A stretch of DNA of 29,411 bases. It comes from a virus. Taxonomy: Duplodnaviria; Caudoviricetes. Under the pieces are notes generated by a model, which saw nothing but the letters and a program-made list of their open reading frames with translations, ran no database searches and was not told the origin of the DNA. Below are positions 1 through 10,600 of the stretch, one piece after another. A program made the translations under genes and the position numbers. The first letter of the stretch is position 1. The number at the start of each line of letters is the position of its first letter. Location of the stretch: IMG/VR virus record IMGVR_UViG_3300007965_000016, positions 1 through 29,411 of that record; one strand, given 5' to 3'.

Positions 1-2
1 AT

Positions 3-104
3 GTCGGACTTGACTTCAGAGAAGACACATCCCTTCGCTTACTCTCCGCTGAGTGTGGCGGCTGCGGAGCCGCCTGTGGTGAGATAAGAATTCAGACGCT
101 ATGA
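3..104 (+). CDS. 3' end of a small Cys-containing phage protein (possibly Lar-like zinc ribbon), truncated by the window edge
   Basis: Open frame reads VGLDFREDTSLRLLSAECGGCGAACGEIRIQTL*, with a CxxC motif; its TGA overlaps the next ATG (ATGA at 101-104). Confidence 0.4.
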   Translation, partial: VGLDFREDTSLRLLSAECGGCGAACGEIRIQTL

Positions 105-382
105 CAACACGCGCTGATCTGATCTACAAACTGCGCCATGAAACATGGTCTGGCTTTCAGAGCATGGCCGAGCAGGCCGCAGACATGCTTGAAGCTGATG
201 AGTTGATGCGTCTTGCAAACGTAGATTGCACGTTGCACTTTGACACGCTGATGGAGGATCACAGAAAGCTCAAAGCTGCTGCAAAAGCTGTAGTCGAGCG
301 ATGGGACTCTCCGCTGTGGAAAGACCTCCCCCCTACCGCTGGCTACATAGCGGCGCTCAGGCAAGCCATCGGAGATGAGTAG
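101..382 (+). CDS. hypothetical phage protein (93 aa)
   Basis: ATG start coupled to the upstream stop; short helical protein typical of phage accessory genes. Confidence 0.65.
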   Translation: MTTRADLIYKLRHETWSGFQSMAEQAADMLEADELMRLANVDCTLHFDTLMEDHRKLKAAAKAVVERWDSPLWKDLPPTAGYIAALRQAIGDE

Positions 383-519
383 CAAGAGCTGAGTGCATCA
401 AAACAGTGGATCGAACCGATACGCAAACGAATCCAATCGGGAACCGCAGCATAGAATGACACGCTCAAAGCTGACAAACCTGATTTCAATTACCCAAAAT
501 TTACACATGACTGGAACGG

Positions 520-539
520 AGCCTTGTGGAATCAAGGCT
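520..539. repeat. inverted repeat abutting the att core
   Basis: AGCCTTG-tggaat-CAAGGCT, perfect 7-bp arms. Confidence 0.6.
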
Positions 540-562
540 TTCGATTCCGGTCTCGGGCACCA
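540..562 (+). other. att core: 3' end of a tRNA, most like tRNA-Leu
   Basis: TTCGATTCCGGTCTCGGGCACCA gives T-loop, T-stem, acceptor strand and CCA; it resembles the GTTCGANTCCGGNNNNGGGCACCA ends of proteobacterial tRNA-Leu. No 5' tRNA half is present. Confidence 0.75.
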
Positions 563-617
563 TCCAAGGGGACTCTTTCCAAGCTAAAACCACCGTCTCC
601 CCAATGAGAGTGATCGT

Positions 618-623
618 TATAAT
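618..623 (+). promoter_or_regulatory. candidate -10 box for the integrase
   Basis: Perfect TATAAT about 75 bp upstream of the ATG, with SD AGGAG at 687-691; no clear -35. Confidence 0.35.
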
Positions 624-696
624 AGGTCATAGTATGCAATAACATGCAAACGAATTACCCCAAAATTACCCAACGATTACCCCAAAAGGAGTCCTC

Positions 697-1662
697 ATGG
701 CAGAGCCAGTCAAAGTGGGTCAGCGGTACAGGCACTCGATCATGGTTGGAGGTCGCCGCTTGAACAAGATGTTCGATACCAAGCGAGAGGCTCGGCTGTG
801 GGAATCAGAGCAGCGATTGGCAATGGAGGCGACCGGCTCTCTCCCGAATGATCTTGTTAAGCACCGGATGGGAGAAGCGTTCGACTTGTACAACGCTACC
901 ATCAGCCCGCTCAAAAAGAATGCCACCGTACGGGAGGGGAAGCTGCTCAATTCCTTCCGTCCGTTTTTCTCCGAAACGGCGGTGGAGGATGTGACTTCGG
1001 CTGACATCGCCAGGTGGCGTGACGACCTTCTCAAGCGCATCAGCTCAAGCTCGGTCAACCGGTATAGAAACCTGCTCAGCAACGTCTTCACCACGGCAAG
1101 GGATGAATGGGGGTGGATCAAGATCAGCCCCATGCAGGGGGTCAGGTGGCCGCAGGAGCGCGCGCCACGTCAGGTAGTGTGGAGATGGCAGCAGATCAAG
1201 CGAATGCTGCGTGAGGGTCAGTATCGCGGCGGGAAGTACAAAGAGGTGACGCAGGCATTCCACATTTCCTTGCACACAGGGCTACGGCTAAAGGAAGCGC
1301 TGGTTGCTGTCCAGTGCTACGACAGGGTGCGCCGGGTCATTGTCGTGGAGGACAGGAAGGAGAGCCACCAACTCGTGAAGTATTCCATCCCGACAATCCA
1401 CCGGGCGCGGAGATGTCTGGAGTCCATGCCGCTTCGGTTCGATGTCAACGCCAACGAGGCCAGCACCATCTTTGCAGACCTGCGTTCGCAGCTTGGATTC
1501 AAAGGGTTGCAGTTCAGAGACTCAAGAGCGACCGCCCTCACCCTGTTGGCCAAGCGAGTGCCGGTTGAAGTTCTGCACCGCATCAGCCGACACGGTGACA
1601 TCCGTATTCTTTTCGACTGCTATTACCGGGAAACGGCGGAAGAAATCTCCCGCCGTTTCTGA
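697..1662 (+). CDS. int: tyrosine recombinase / phage integrase (Rci-like subfamily)
   Basis: TGLRLKE (catalytic R), FRDSR (HxxR position), SRHGD (H) and CYY (Y nucleophile); SAM-like domain SSSSVNRYRNLLSNVF; adjacent to attP; good SD. Confidence 0.92.
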   Translation: MAEPVKVGQRYRHSIMVGGRRLNKMFDTKREARLWESEQRLAMEATGSLPNDLVKHRMGEAFDLYNATISPLKKNATVREGKLLNSFRPFFSETAVEDVTSADIARWRDDLLKRISSSSVNRYRNLLSNVFTTARDEWGWIKISPMQGVRWPQERAPRQVVWRWQQIKRMLREGQYRGGKYKEVTQAFHISLHTGLRLKEALVAVQCYDRVRRVIVVEDRKESHQLVKYSIPTIHRARRCLESMPLRFDVNANEASTIFADLRSQLGFKGLQFRDSRATALTLLAKRVPVEVLHRISRHGDIRILFDCYYRETAEEISRRF

Positions 1663-4600
1663 TCACCACCGTTGCCAGATCGGGTTCGGGTCAGTCGGAG
1701 CCGTCTGGGAATCTCCAGCCACAGCGTTCACAGTCGCCTCAATCTCAGGCTTCATCGAACCGGCGAACGGGATGCGGGCCAGCACTTTCCTGGTCGCGTT
1801 GCGCGCCTTGGCGTTGGACTCATCGCCCTTGGCTGCCGCGAACGCACCCTCTGCGATCTGGAGCGTGTCGGAGAACAAGCCCATTGTTGGGCCAGCAATC
1901 TGAGACATGATTCGCTCACGTCCATACGACCCATTATCAAGACTCTGAGCGCTCTGGAACATCAGGTCGCCAACGAAACCAAGCGCGCCAAGGGTGAGCA
2001 GGCCGGTAGCGTACCCGCCTAGCACATTGTCTGCTCCATCGCTGCTGATGCTGAAGTCCTTGAACCCTAGGTCTTGGCCAATCTTGCTTAGCCTGTAATC
2101 CTTGGCTGTGCGCCAGCTTTCTCCTTCCTGGTTGTTGCCCTTGATCACATCTTTTGCGTAAGCAGAGCCGTACCCAAGCGCCGCTCCGATGGTCAAAAGG
2201 TACATCAGGCCAGCGGGGTCTCCGGCGTACTTACCAACATCCTGTCCTTTCAGTTTGCCAATGACTGACCCGTTCTCAAATGCTCCAGCCTCTTTGAACA
2301 AACGGGAAACCAAGCGACCAGCCATCATGGGGTAGCTCTTGAACTGCCACAGAACGGATGCGATTGGGTCTTGCGCCCACAAAGGAACGTCCGACTTGTT
2401 CGGTTGAAAGATTGATTCGTCAGAGAACTTGTGGATCGCCTCTGCAATTTTCATCTGGCTTGGGGTGAAGTCACCTTCATGCCCGACGGCAGCCGCCATG
2501 GTGTCCAGAGGCTCCGCATTGATCAGCTCCGCCAAGCCGAGCTGGCGCAGGTAGCGCACGGAGCGGCGGTATGCCAACGAGTCAACATTGTTGTTGAACA
2601 TCTCGCGCTGTGCAATGGCCTGGTTGGCTTTGATCGACTCGAACCCGACAAGCGCGGAGTATTGGCGCATCGCGTTTGTCCATGGAGTGAGCATGTTGGC
2701 CTGGAAGAACGCGCTGCTCAAGCGAGCCATGGTTCCGCCATTCATATCCCCCATGGATTCCCGAAGCATGGACTCACCCAGCACTCCGATGCGGGCCATT
2801 GATTGCGCCATGATTGGATCGTTCATGGCCAGCTTGACTGACTTGGTGATCCCCTTCAGCATGGAGCCGATGGAACCGGAGCGAAGCAGCGGCATTGCTG
2901 TATCACCAAAGGACGCGATGGTTGCAGCAGACAGCAGTGTGGTGGACGCAAAGAGCTTTGCTCCTTGAGCGAACTTCTGAGCACTACGATTTGACGTGAT
3001 GGTGTGAGCGGGCCTGCCCTCCAAACCGCCCACAGCCTTGAGCATGAAGTCAAGCTCATGTGTTGCGGTGGTGTTGCCATCTGTGCCAAAGTCTGCCAGC
3101 GCGTTGACGATAGCCTCTGCGCGCAGGCGGAAGTGCTCAATGCCTGAGCCGCCGTTCTTTGCGTAAATCTTCATCAGGTCGTCCACAAGGATGGCTCGTG
3201 TGTGATCATCCTTGTCCTTCATCAACGTCTCTCCAAGGCTGCCAGCGATCTCCATGGCTTCTCGGCGGTCTTTTGTCAGTGGAACAAACAAGTTGTCCAT
3301 TACCGCCATTGGGCCAGCGGGTGGGAGACCAAGGTCGTCCGGCATGTTGTCAGCGATCATGTACTTCATGCCCTGGGCGCGACCCATCAGTGCCTCAATG
3401 ACGGCAATATCCCCTCGCTTGCCAATGTCGATGTACGTGTTGACTGCATGGCCACGGATGCCGAACCGCTTTGACCACTCCACGCGCTTGTGGGCCGCCT
3501 CGGAGTACGACGAGATTAAGGAGCGAAGGTTGTTGTCGAACAGTGGGGCCAGTGGCTCCCAATCTTTGCTGTCGATGCGCAGTTTGCGTTGGTAGAGCTT
3601 GTCTCCAAACGCCTTGCCATATACGGTTGTTGATCCTTCAAGCATCCCGTCCAGCTCCTTGCGGTACAGGGCTTCGTGGATTACGCGACGAGCATCATCC
3701 ATGGCATTGGCTGCGGTGGGATAACCCTTGCGGTCTTTTCTGAACCACTCCCCAAGCAGGCGGATAGCCTCCTCGCGGTTGGCCTCAATCCATGAAATGT
3801 TGAAACGCTGGGGTAGGTAGTTCCGATTCGACGCATTGGTTAGATCGGCCACAGGAACTCCTGCGTCACGTTGCATGATCAACAGCTTGCGGAACAACTG
3901 GACAACGCTTTCCTTGACCTTGATCTCCTCAATAGTCAACTTGCTGTCGTTGTTGGTACGCATGGCGAGGACGATGTTGGTCTCACTATCAGACTGCGGC
4001 ATGGTGTGGCCACGCAAGTCCAGGTTACGGTAGATTTCCTTACCCACTTTATGCAGCCAATTCTTGACCCCATCAAGCTGGTCAAGAGAGTTGACGATAG
4101 GCTGGAGATCGGCAGACAGACGCACGGCAAACGCATCGTTGAAGCCAGTGCCTTCCTTTGGCGTCATCAGATTTGCCAGCCACTTCCCGCCCATGTCAAA
4201 GATTCGGTTGGGGTTTGATTGGAGTTGGAGCATATGGAAAGCCCGAACCTTCGGATACTCCGCTTCGGACAATCCGGTGTCTGACTTCTTACCGGCGATG
4301 ATGTTTGCAAAGAGCTTGGCCATCAAAGATGGCGCGCCAGCCTGAATCGCACGCTGCTCCACTGCCACCAGTTCCGGCGCAGGGGCATCCAGTGCCATGT
4401 GCAGCACAAGCTCACCGGTAAGCGGCACGTTCTTAGCATTTTCGTTGCGCTTTAGACCTTGCTCTCTGGCGATGGCATCCTCCAGATCAACGATGTCAGT
4501 CTTGTTCTTGACAAGTAGGCGAGCGGTTCCATCGCCGTTGGCTACTGCAAGATATCCAAGGCGTTTGAGAACTGCATCCCGCTTCTCTCCAGCGGCGACA

Positions 4601-7600
4601 GCTTTCTCAACGTCCTGCACCTTGGGGTTGGTTTCATCAAATGGATCGAATACCTTCTTTTTATCAAACAGCACGGCACGAACTCCGTCAGAAGGTTCAC
4701 CTGCGGCTTGGATCAGGGCATCTCTCTTGGCCATCAGGCGGGTTACATCCTCCTGCTTGCCAGCCTTGATCAACGCCCCGATTTCTGCGTCAATATCGGC
4801 AATGCCTGGAGCGGAGCTGTTAGCTCCATCAGCCGCAGCACTTGTCAAAAATAGCTTTCCTGTTTTTGAGTCAACAAAGAACACGTTGTCGGCCAGGTTC
4901 TTTCCATTGGCACGAATGATGTTCAGCAGCTTGGAGGTGATCGTCTGCGGAAGGTTGGCAAGGCGGGTCGCAACGCTGGCGCGAGCGTGGATGGGGTGAT
5001 ACAAGCCAGTGGCTGCATACATTGCCCGGACGTGGGGGATCGGGACGGATAAAGTTTCACCAGCAGCATCCTCTGCAACTACCGTAAGTCCACCGAAAAT
5101 ATCTGATATGGTCTTCAACACGTCATTAACCTGTTGGCTCTCCGCAAGAGCGGATTTGACAGACCTCCACTCAGGGTCAGGGAACCCATTTTGGTAGAGG
5201 TACGAAATCATCTTCGCAAACTCTGATCGGTGAACGGCTCTGTCAATGGGGGTAGTTTCCAGGTCAGTACGCACCCAAATAGGCGGGTCGGCAGCGAAGC
5301 TCTTGACGGTTTGATCATAGAGTTGGCGCGAAATAATTGGCAATAATTTCTTGATTTGCTCAGGAATGTCTTTCGCTTTTCTTTGGACTAATGCCTCTGA
5401 AACTAGGCGGAGTGACTCTCGCAGAGAGTTGTATGCCTCAGTTTTTGTGTTGGCCATAGAGCGGGGGGAGTACCCATTCAATGCCTCCTTACCCAAGCCG
5501 GACAATCGAAGCACATCTGCGTTCGTCAGGTCTTCCGCCTTGTCACCAAAAAGGGTAGTAAACAGTCGGTACGTGAGCTGATCCAGCGTGCTCTTCGTAT
5601 GTGCATCGCGGTGCGTCATACGGGATACAAGGGTCTTCAGAAGATCAGGCGCTCCCACCGGCATCCCGGTACTCACTCCATCAGTTCTGGCTTCTGCTTC
5701 GGCCTTCGCTGCGGCTGCTCCTGCCTCAGTCTCCGGCTCGACGACGTTCGGAGACACGGGGTGCTTCTGCTTGGCAACTGCTTTCTTTGCTTCCTCAATG
5801 ATGTCATTCTCCGATGGCGTGTAGTCCGTTGATACGGCTCGCTCGGAGGGCATGACGCGAACGCCATGCTTCGCCAACTGTCCATCCAGTTCATCGAGGG
5901 CATCACCCATCATGTCGTAGAGTTTGCGCGACAGAGACATCAGCGCCTTCTGATGGCCATCATCTCCAACGAGGTGCTTGGACTGACCGGATTGGTCAAG
6001 AAGAGAATCCTCGATGTCAACTTTGTAAGCATCCTTCAGAAAATTGGCAGCTTCCTTGCGTGCGTAGGCATCACTTTGAGCCAGAGCATCGCTGTACTTT
6101 GAGGCTTCATTAGCGGAGATTTTTGACATCTCTAGACCCTTGGTCAGTTCTTTGAACTTGAACTGCAACGCCTCAAGGTAGTACGCATTCGCATCACCAT
6201 GGTCTCCTACGGAGTTGCTCTTCATAATCACCGAGACCTCTTCGGCATCAGTGGCAGCCTCGAAAGCCAGCTTGTCTGACATAGGTGACTCACCCATGGT
6301 GTCCACAATGGTGCTCATCAGTCGGCCAAGCTCGTGGCGCTGGAACAGGTCGCTAGCATCAATAACACCTAGGCGAGGTACGGATTTGACCAAGCCTTCT
6401 CCATTCGGGCCTTTGACAATACGGTTGGTGGCAGGGTCTCGCACCCACTTGTAAACGCCAGTAGCCTTTTGCACCTTGATCAGCAGCGCATCACGAACTT
6501 GCTGCACAGCGTAAGGCGTCTTTTTGCCTTTCTCTTTTCCGTAGAGCAGGCCAAAGAAGTATTTGGTCGCCTTCTCCAGCTCGCCACGGTAGCCACCATC
6601 AACTCCACCGGCAGTGAAGATATGGTGGGCCAGTGCGCCGCGTTGCTTGTCGATGGTCTCCATAAGAGCAATGTCGCTACCAACAGCGCTTCTCGTCAGG
6701 CTATCGGGGATGTCTGCAACATTGATAATCTTGCCATCCTTGCCAATGGGTGCGCTGTAGTTGTACTTGGTGTCGGAGAGCTTGGATGGCAAGATGCGCT
6801 CGAACAGGGGAACCAGGGCAGGCTCCACCGGTAGGTCAAGGAAGGTTGAAAGCAGGCCTCTCAGAACCTTGGCTATTTTTTGCCACAGAGTTTGCTCCGC
6901 AGCCCGACCAGCTTTCCCAACAGTGGTCTGCATGGCGTAACTGGTGAATTGCCAAGCGAACAGTTCGTTGGTATTGGTGCGTAGGTCAGCCAAATCCACC
7001 TTGGTCATGTCTTCAATTGCCCTTGCTGCATTCACTGATCTCAATACCGCATTGATGTCGAATTTCCCATCGGCATCGTAATACTTTGCAAGCGTTTTAA
7101 TGAATTCAATACGCTCGTTTGGAGAGAGCATATTCGTGAAAGCCCAATGACCTGTTTCATGGATCACGGCTATGTGTTTTGGGATACTCCTAAAACTGAA
7201 ATGACCTGTCTCATGCGTCTCGTCTACGACATCATTAGGCTTTTTCTCACCTCCGTAAATAGTGATTTTTGATTCTCCACGGTTGCTTCCTGTCCCAAAA
7301 GAGGAATAGTTTTGATCGCTGGAAAAGACAAAGGGAAAGGTATTGGCTGCCGGATCAACACGACGTAGAAAGTCGAGCGCAGAGCGGCGCTCCTCGTCAC
7401 TGAACCTGGCCATGTGCTCTTCAAGCCAGTGGAAAGACATGCGGCGAGAAGCATTGGTACGTTTGATCCCGTGTGGGGCTAATGCGTTGATCGTCTCCGC
7501 CTGCTTGGTGAGCGTCTCAATGACACTGTTCAACTCCTGGATCGTTCCAATCTTGTTAAAGGAGAGAGCCTGAACACCCATTTCAAACGAGTCCATCAAG

Positions 7601-10600
7601 CTAGCAAGCGTGTCACCATCAGGGAGTTTGACCTTGGATGCCTGTGCGTAGGAGACCGGGCGCTGCTGAGCAGTGGCAACAATAACTGCGTTGTCTGCAT
7701 TCTTGACCACATTCTTGATGGTCGCTGTAGCGGATGCAGGACGGGGTGTTCCACGTTGCTCAAACTCGCGCGCTTTTTTGTTTGGAAGCGCTGTGCCAAT
7801 CAGTGTCTTCTCCTTGACCAAGGGGTTCCACTTGAACAAAGCCAAGAACTCGCCCAGCGTTAGGCCCATCTGCTTGGCCCCGATGATCTCCACGCCTTCG
7901 GTGCCATCTGCTCTGACTGATTTCAGGGCAAGCAAGCGGCCTTCTGCCGGGGTCAGAATGTCCGACAGCTTGGTATTCATGTCGGTATCTGTAATGGCTC
8001 CATTGATCTTCAACGATGTGATCGCTTCATCGACTTGCGTGGACTTGCTCATCTCTGCGGGGATCAAAGCGCCAGGTTCTACTCCGCTGGCAGAGGACGG
8101 CATCTTGTCCTTGTTGGCTTGGAAAATTCCATCAAACTCCTTTCGGAACGCTTTGCGTTTGATGATCGACGCGAAGGTTGATACACCCTCATCCTCAATC
8201 GACTGGCCAATGCTAACGAGCACCTTGGAGTCAAGGCCGGGTGCCGGAATCCATGTTCCAATCTTTTCGCCAAACAGCTTGATCATTCCATCGGCATCCA
8301 TGACGAAGTGCTTGCTAATATCGAACTCGCGGTTGACGCCGCCAACAGAGATCACCAGCGACCCAATGTCTGTGGGAGCTGGTTCAACAGGCTCACCTTC
8401 CTTGACCAGAAGCGAGGTCGTTGATTTGCCTTTGCGCTTGGCGATTGCAGCAGCCTCTTCCTCTGCACGCTGACGTGTCGTCTTGGTCTCAGGAACCCCG
8501 ACCGCGCCGCCTTCCACAACTTTGGTCTTGGTGGCTGTTATAGGTACGACATCACCAACATTGACAGGCGTGTTGTCGCCCTTGACGGTCTGCGTCTTGG
8601 TGGTCGTCTTCGCGCGCTCAGTGATGCGGGTCTTGGAAGGCGTTGGGTACTTCTTCTCGATGGCAATCAGGAGGTTTCCTTGGCTCTTCTCCGTCGTACT
8701 CTTGAGGCGCTTGACGATCCCCATGATCAAGTCATGGCCCTTTTCGCCAGTCAACATGGCATCTTTAAGACCTTCTGCCATCTCAGCACGAGCAACGGAG
8801 TGCGCAGTGTCCATGGCCTCCTTGTGATCAATGATCATGCTGGCCAGGTCAATCTCGGAGGGGTGGACAGGGAAGCTATTGTCGCCAACCATCTTGATCA
8901 GGCTGTCGAACCGCTCTTTGGTAATCGCACGATCGACGTTCTCTGGCGTGTCTTTCGCCAAACCGAGGGCAATGTTGTCTCCAAGTCTTAGCCGCTCAAC
9001 CAGGTCGTAGATGGTGGATGCGCGGGCGTTCTCTGCCCTGGCGTTGACGGTCTCAGCCAGCCGACCTTTAATCTCTTTGACTGACGAGGATGCTTTGACG
9101 CCATCAACGAAAATCGAAGCCTTCGACCACGACGCTACCTTGATTGCTCCGGCAAAGATTTCAGAACGAACTGCTCTCGCTGCGGCGAACATCTTTCTGG
9201 GGTTGGCCCAAAGCACGCCAAGGTAATTGGAGATGCCATCAGAGAACGCCTTTTGCGGGCCTCCGACTGTCTTCACTCCACCCATGCTGGTGTCAATGCG
9301 GCGACCGGTAACGATCTTATCGACGTAGATCGGGTTTCCATCCTCATCTACCTTGCCGGTATTGAGGCGGTGCATGGCCGGAGTCTCAACGATGCCTTCA
9401 GCAAACGGATTTTTTGCTTGCTGATTGCTTCGTGTAAACAGACGGTCACGATCTCTTACGCGCAACTGGTACATCGCCTCCAGCTTGTCGAACGCTTCCT
9501 TGTTTTGAATTTTGAAGGTTCCATCAATCTCGCTCTTCATGGAACGTAGGGCATGAATCTCCAGGATTTGATCCATCAACTCCTGATCGACATAAGCGCC
9601 AGATGACTGAATCTGCTTCATGAAGTCGGAGACGCTTTTACGAACCTTTTTGATAATGGCTACAGCTCCTTCTCCAGAGATCGCAGCCTTGACAGCACCA
9701 TCAACCACGGCCATGTTGCGGTTGACAATCTCCGAGAGATCAGACCTCACGGTGGTTTTCCCGCCCGCGATCTGGCGGCCATCATTGGTCGTCTTGATCA
9801 TGTGGTTCCAAGCCTGGGCCAACACGGGGTCTTTTTGCAGGTTGTCAATCCCGATGGCAGAGACGCGCTCAATCAAAGATGCGTTGATCTCTTTCTGGTT
9901 ATGCGCCACGATCTTTGCAATGTCGTCGGAGAACCTGTCTCCCAGCATCGCCTTCAGCACTTGCTCAAAGTGCGTGGTGTTTGTCGGGTCAGGAAGAACT
10001 GATCCGATTTGCATCTCGTAGTGCAGCGCCATCGCCTCGTCTGCCATGGCTTTGATTCTGACTTTTGCTGCGGTTGCGCCCTTCTCGCTGCTGAACGGCT
10101 TGGGCATAACCTGATCAAAGATCGTTGCCAGCTCGGGGTGATCGGCCTTTGCTTGGCTGATGACCAGATCAAATATCTCCTTTTTCCTTTCCTTGTCTGG
10201 AGCTTTTGCGGCTGCGCCAAATGTTTTCTGTGCGTCATTCAAGTCGTCTTCAATGGCCTTCAACACGCCGTCAATCACAGCATGGATGTCGCTGACCTGC
10301 TTGTTCAAAGAAGCAACGATGCCTTCGTGAACTTGCACGGCGCTAAGCTGGGCACGGTCAACTGCGGCCTTTTCAAAGGCTTCCAGCTTGGCTTGGAGTT
10401 CTGCTTTTTGTGCGATCAGCTTCTCTGTATCAGCAGCGATTTGCTCATCTGTCCTGGTGTCCTCTACCGGTGGCACCGTGTCAGATGGCGTAGCAGCGGC
10501 CTCTGTTGGAACGGCTGTGGCAGTAGGAGCGGGAGTAGCGGGAGGAGCGGGAGGAGCCAATGCAGCCTGGGCTTGGCGATCAATAGCCGCCTTGGCTATC

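Larger units (their letters stand above)
488..686 (+). mobile_element. attP region: core plus flanking arm-type integrase binding repeats
   Basis: ATTACCC(C)AA at 489-497 and three tandem 11-bp copies at 654-686 flank a tRNA 3'-end core at 540-562, directly upstream of the integrase. Confidence 0.75.

Noticed and set aside
380-454. TAG read-through or stop-codon recoding
   Set aside because: The frame continues only 23 codons, and several clear genes (scaffold, nozzle, holin) end in TAG, consistent with the standard code.
540-562. Complete tRNA gene
   Set aside because: Only the T-loop and acceptor 3' strand are present; the upstream sequence cannot form D or anticodon arms.
393-587. 64-aa ORF as excisionase
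   Set aside because: GTG start, no HTH-like pattern, and it runs across the att core.
628-650. Fourth copy of the late promoter motif (GCATACT on the minus strand)
   Set aside because: Only the 7-bp core matches, which is too weak to distinguish from chance.
697-1662. Shufflon/invertase system
   Set aside because: The enzyme is Rci-like, but no inverted sfx-type repeats or cassettes are seen, and the adjacent attP explains it as an integrase.
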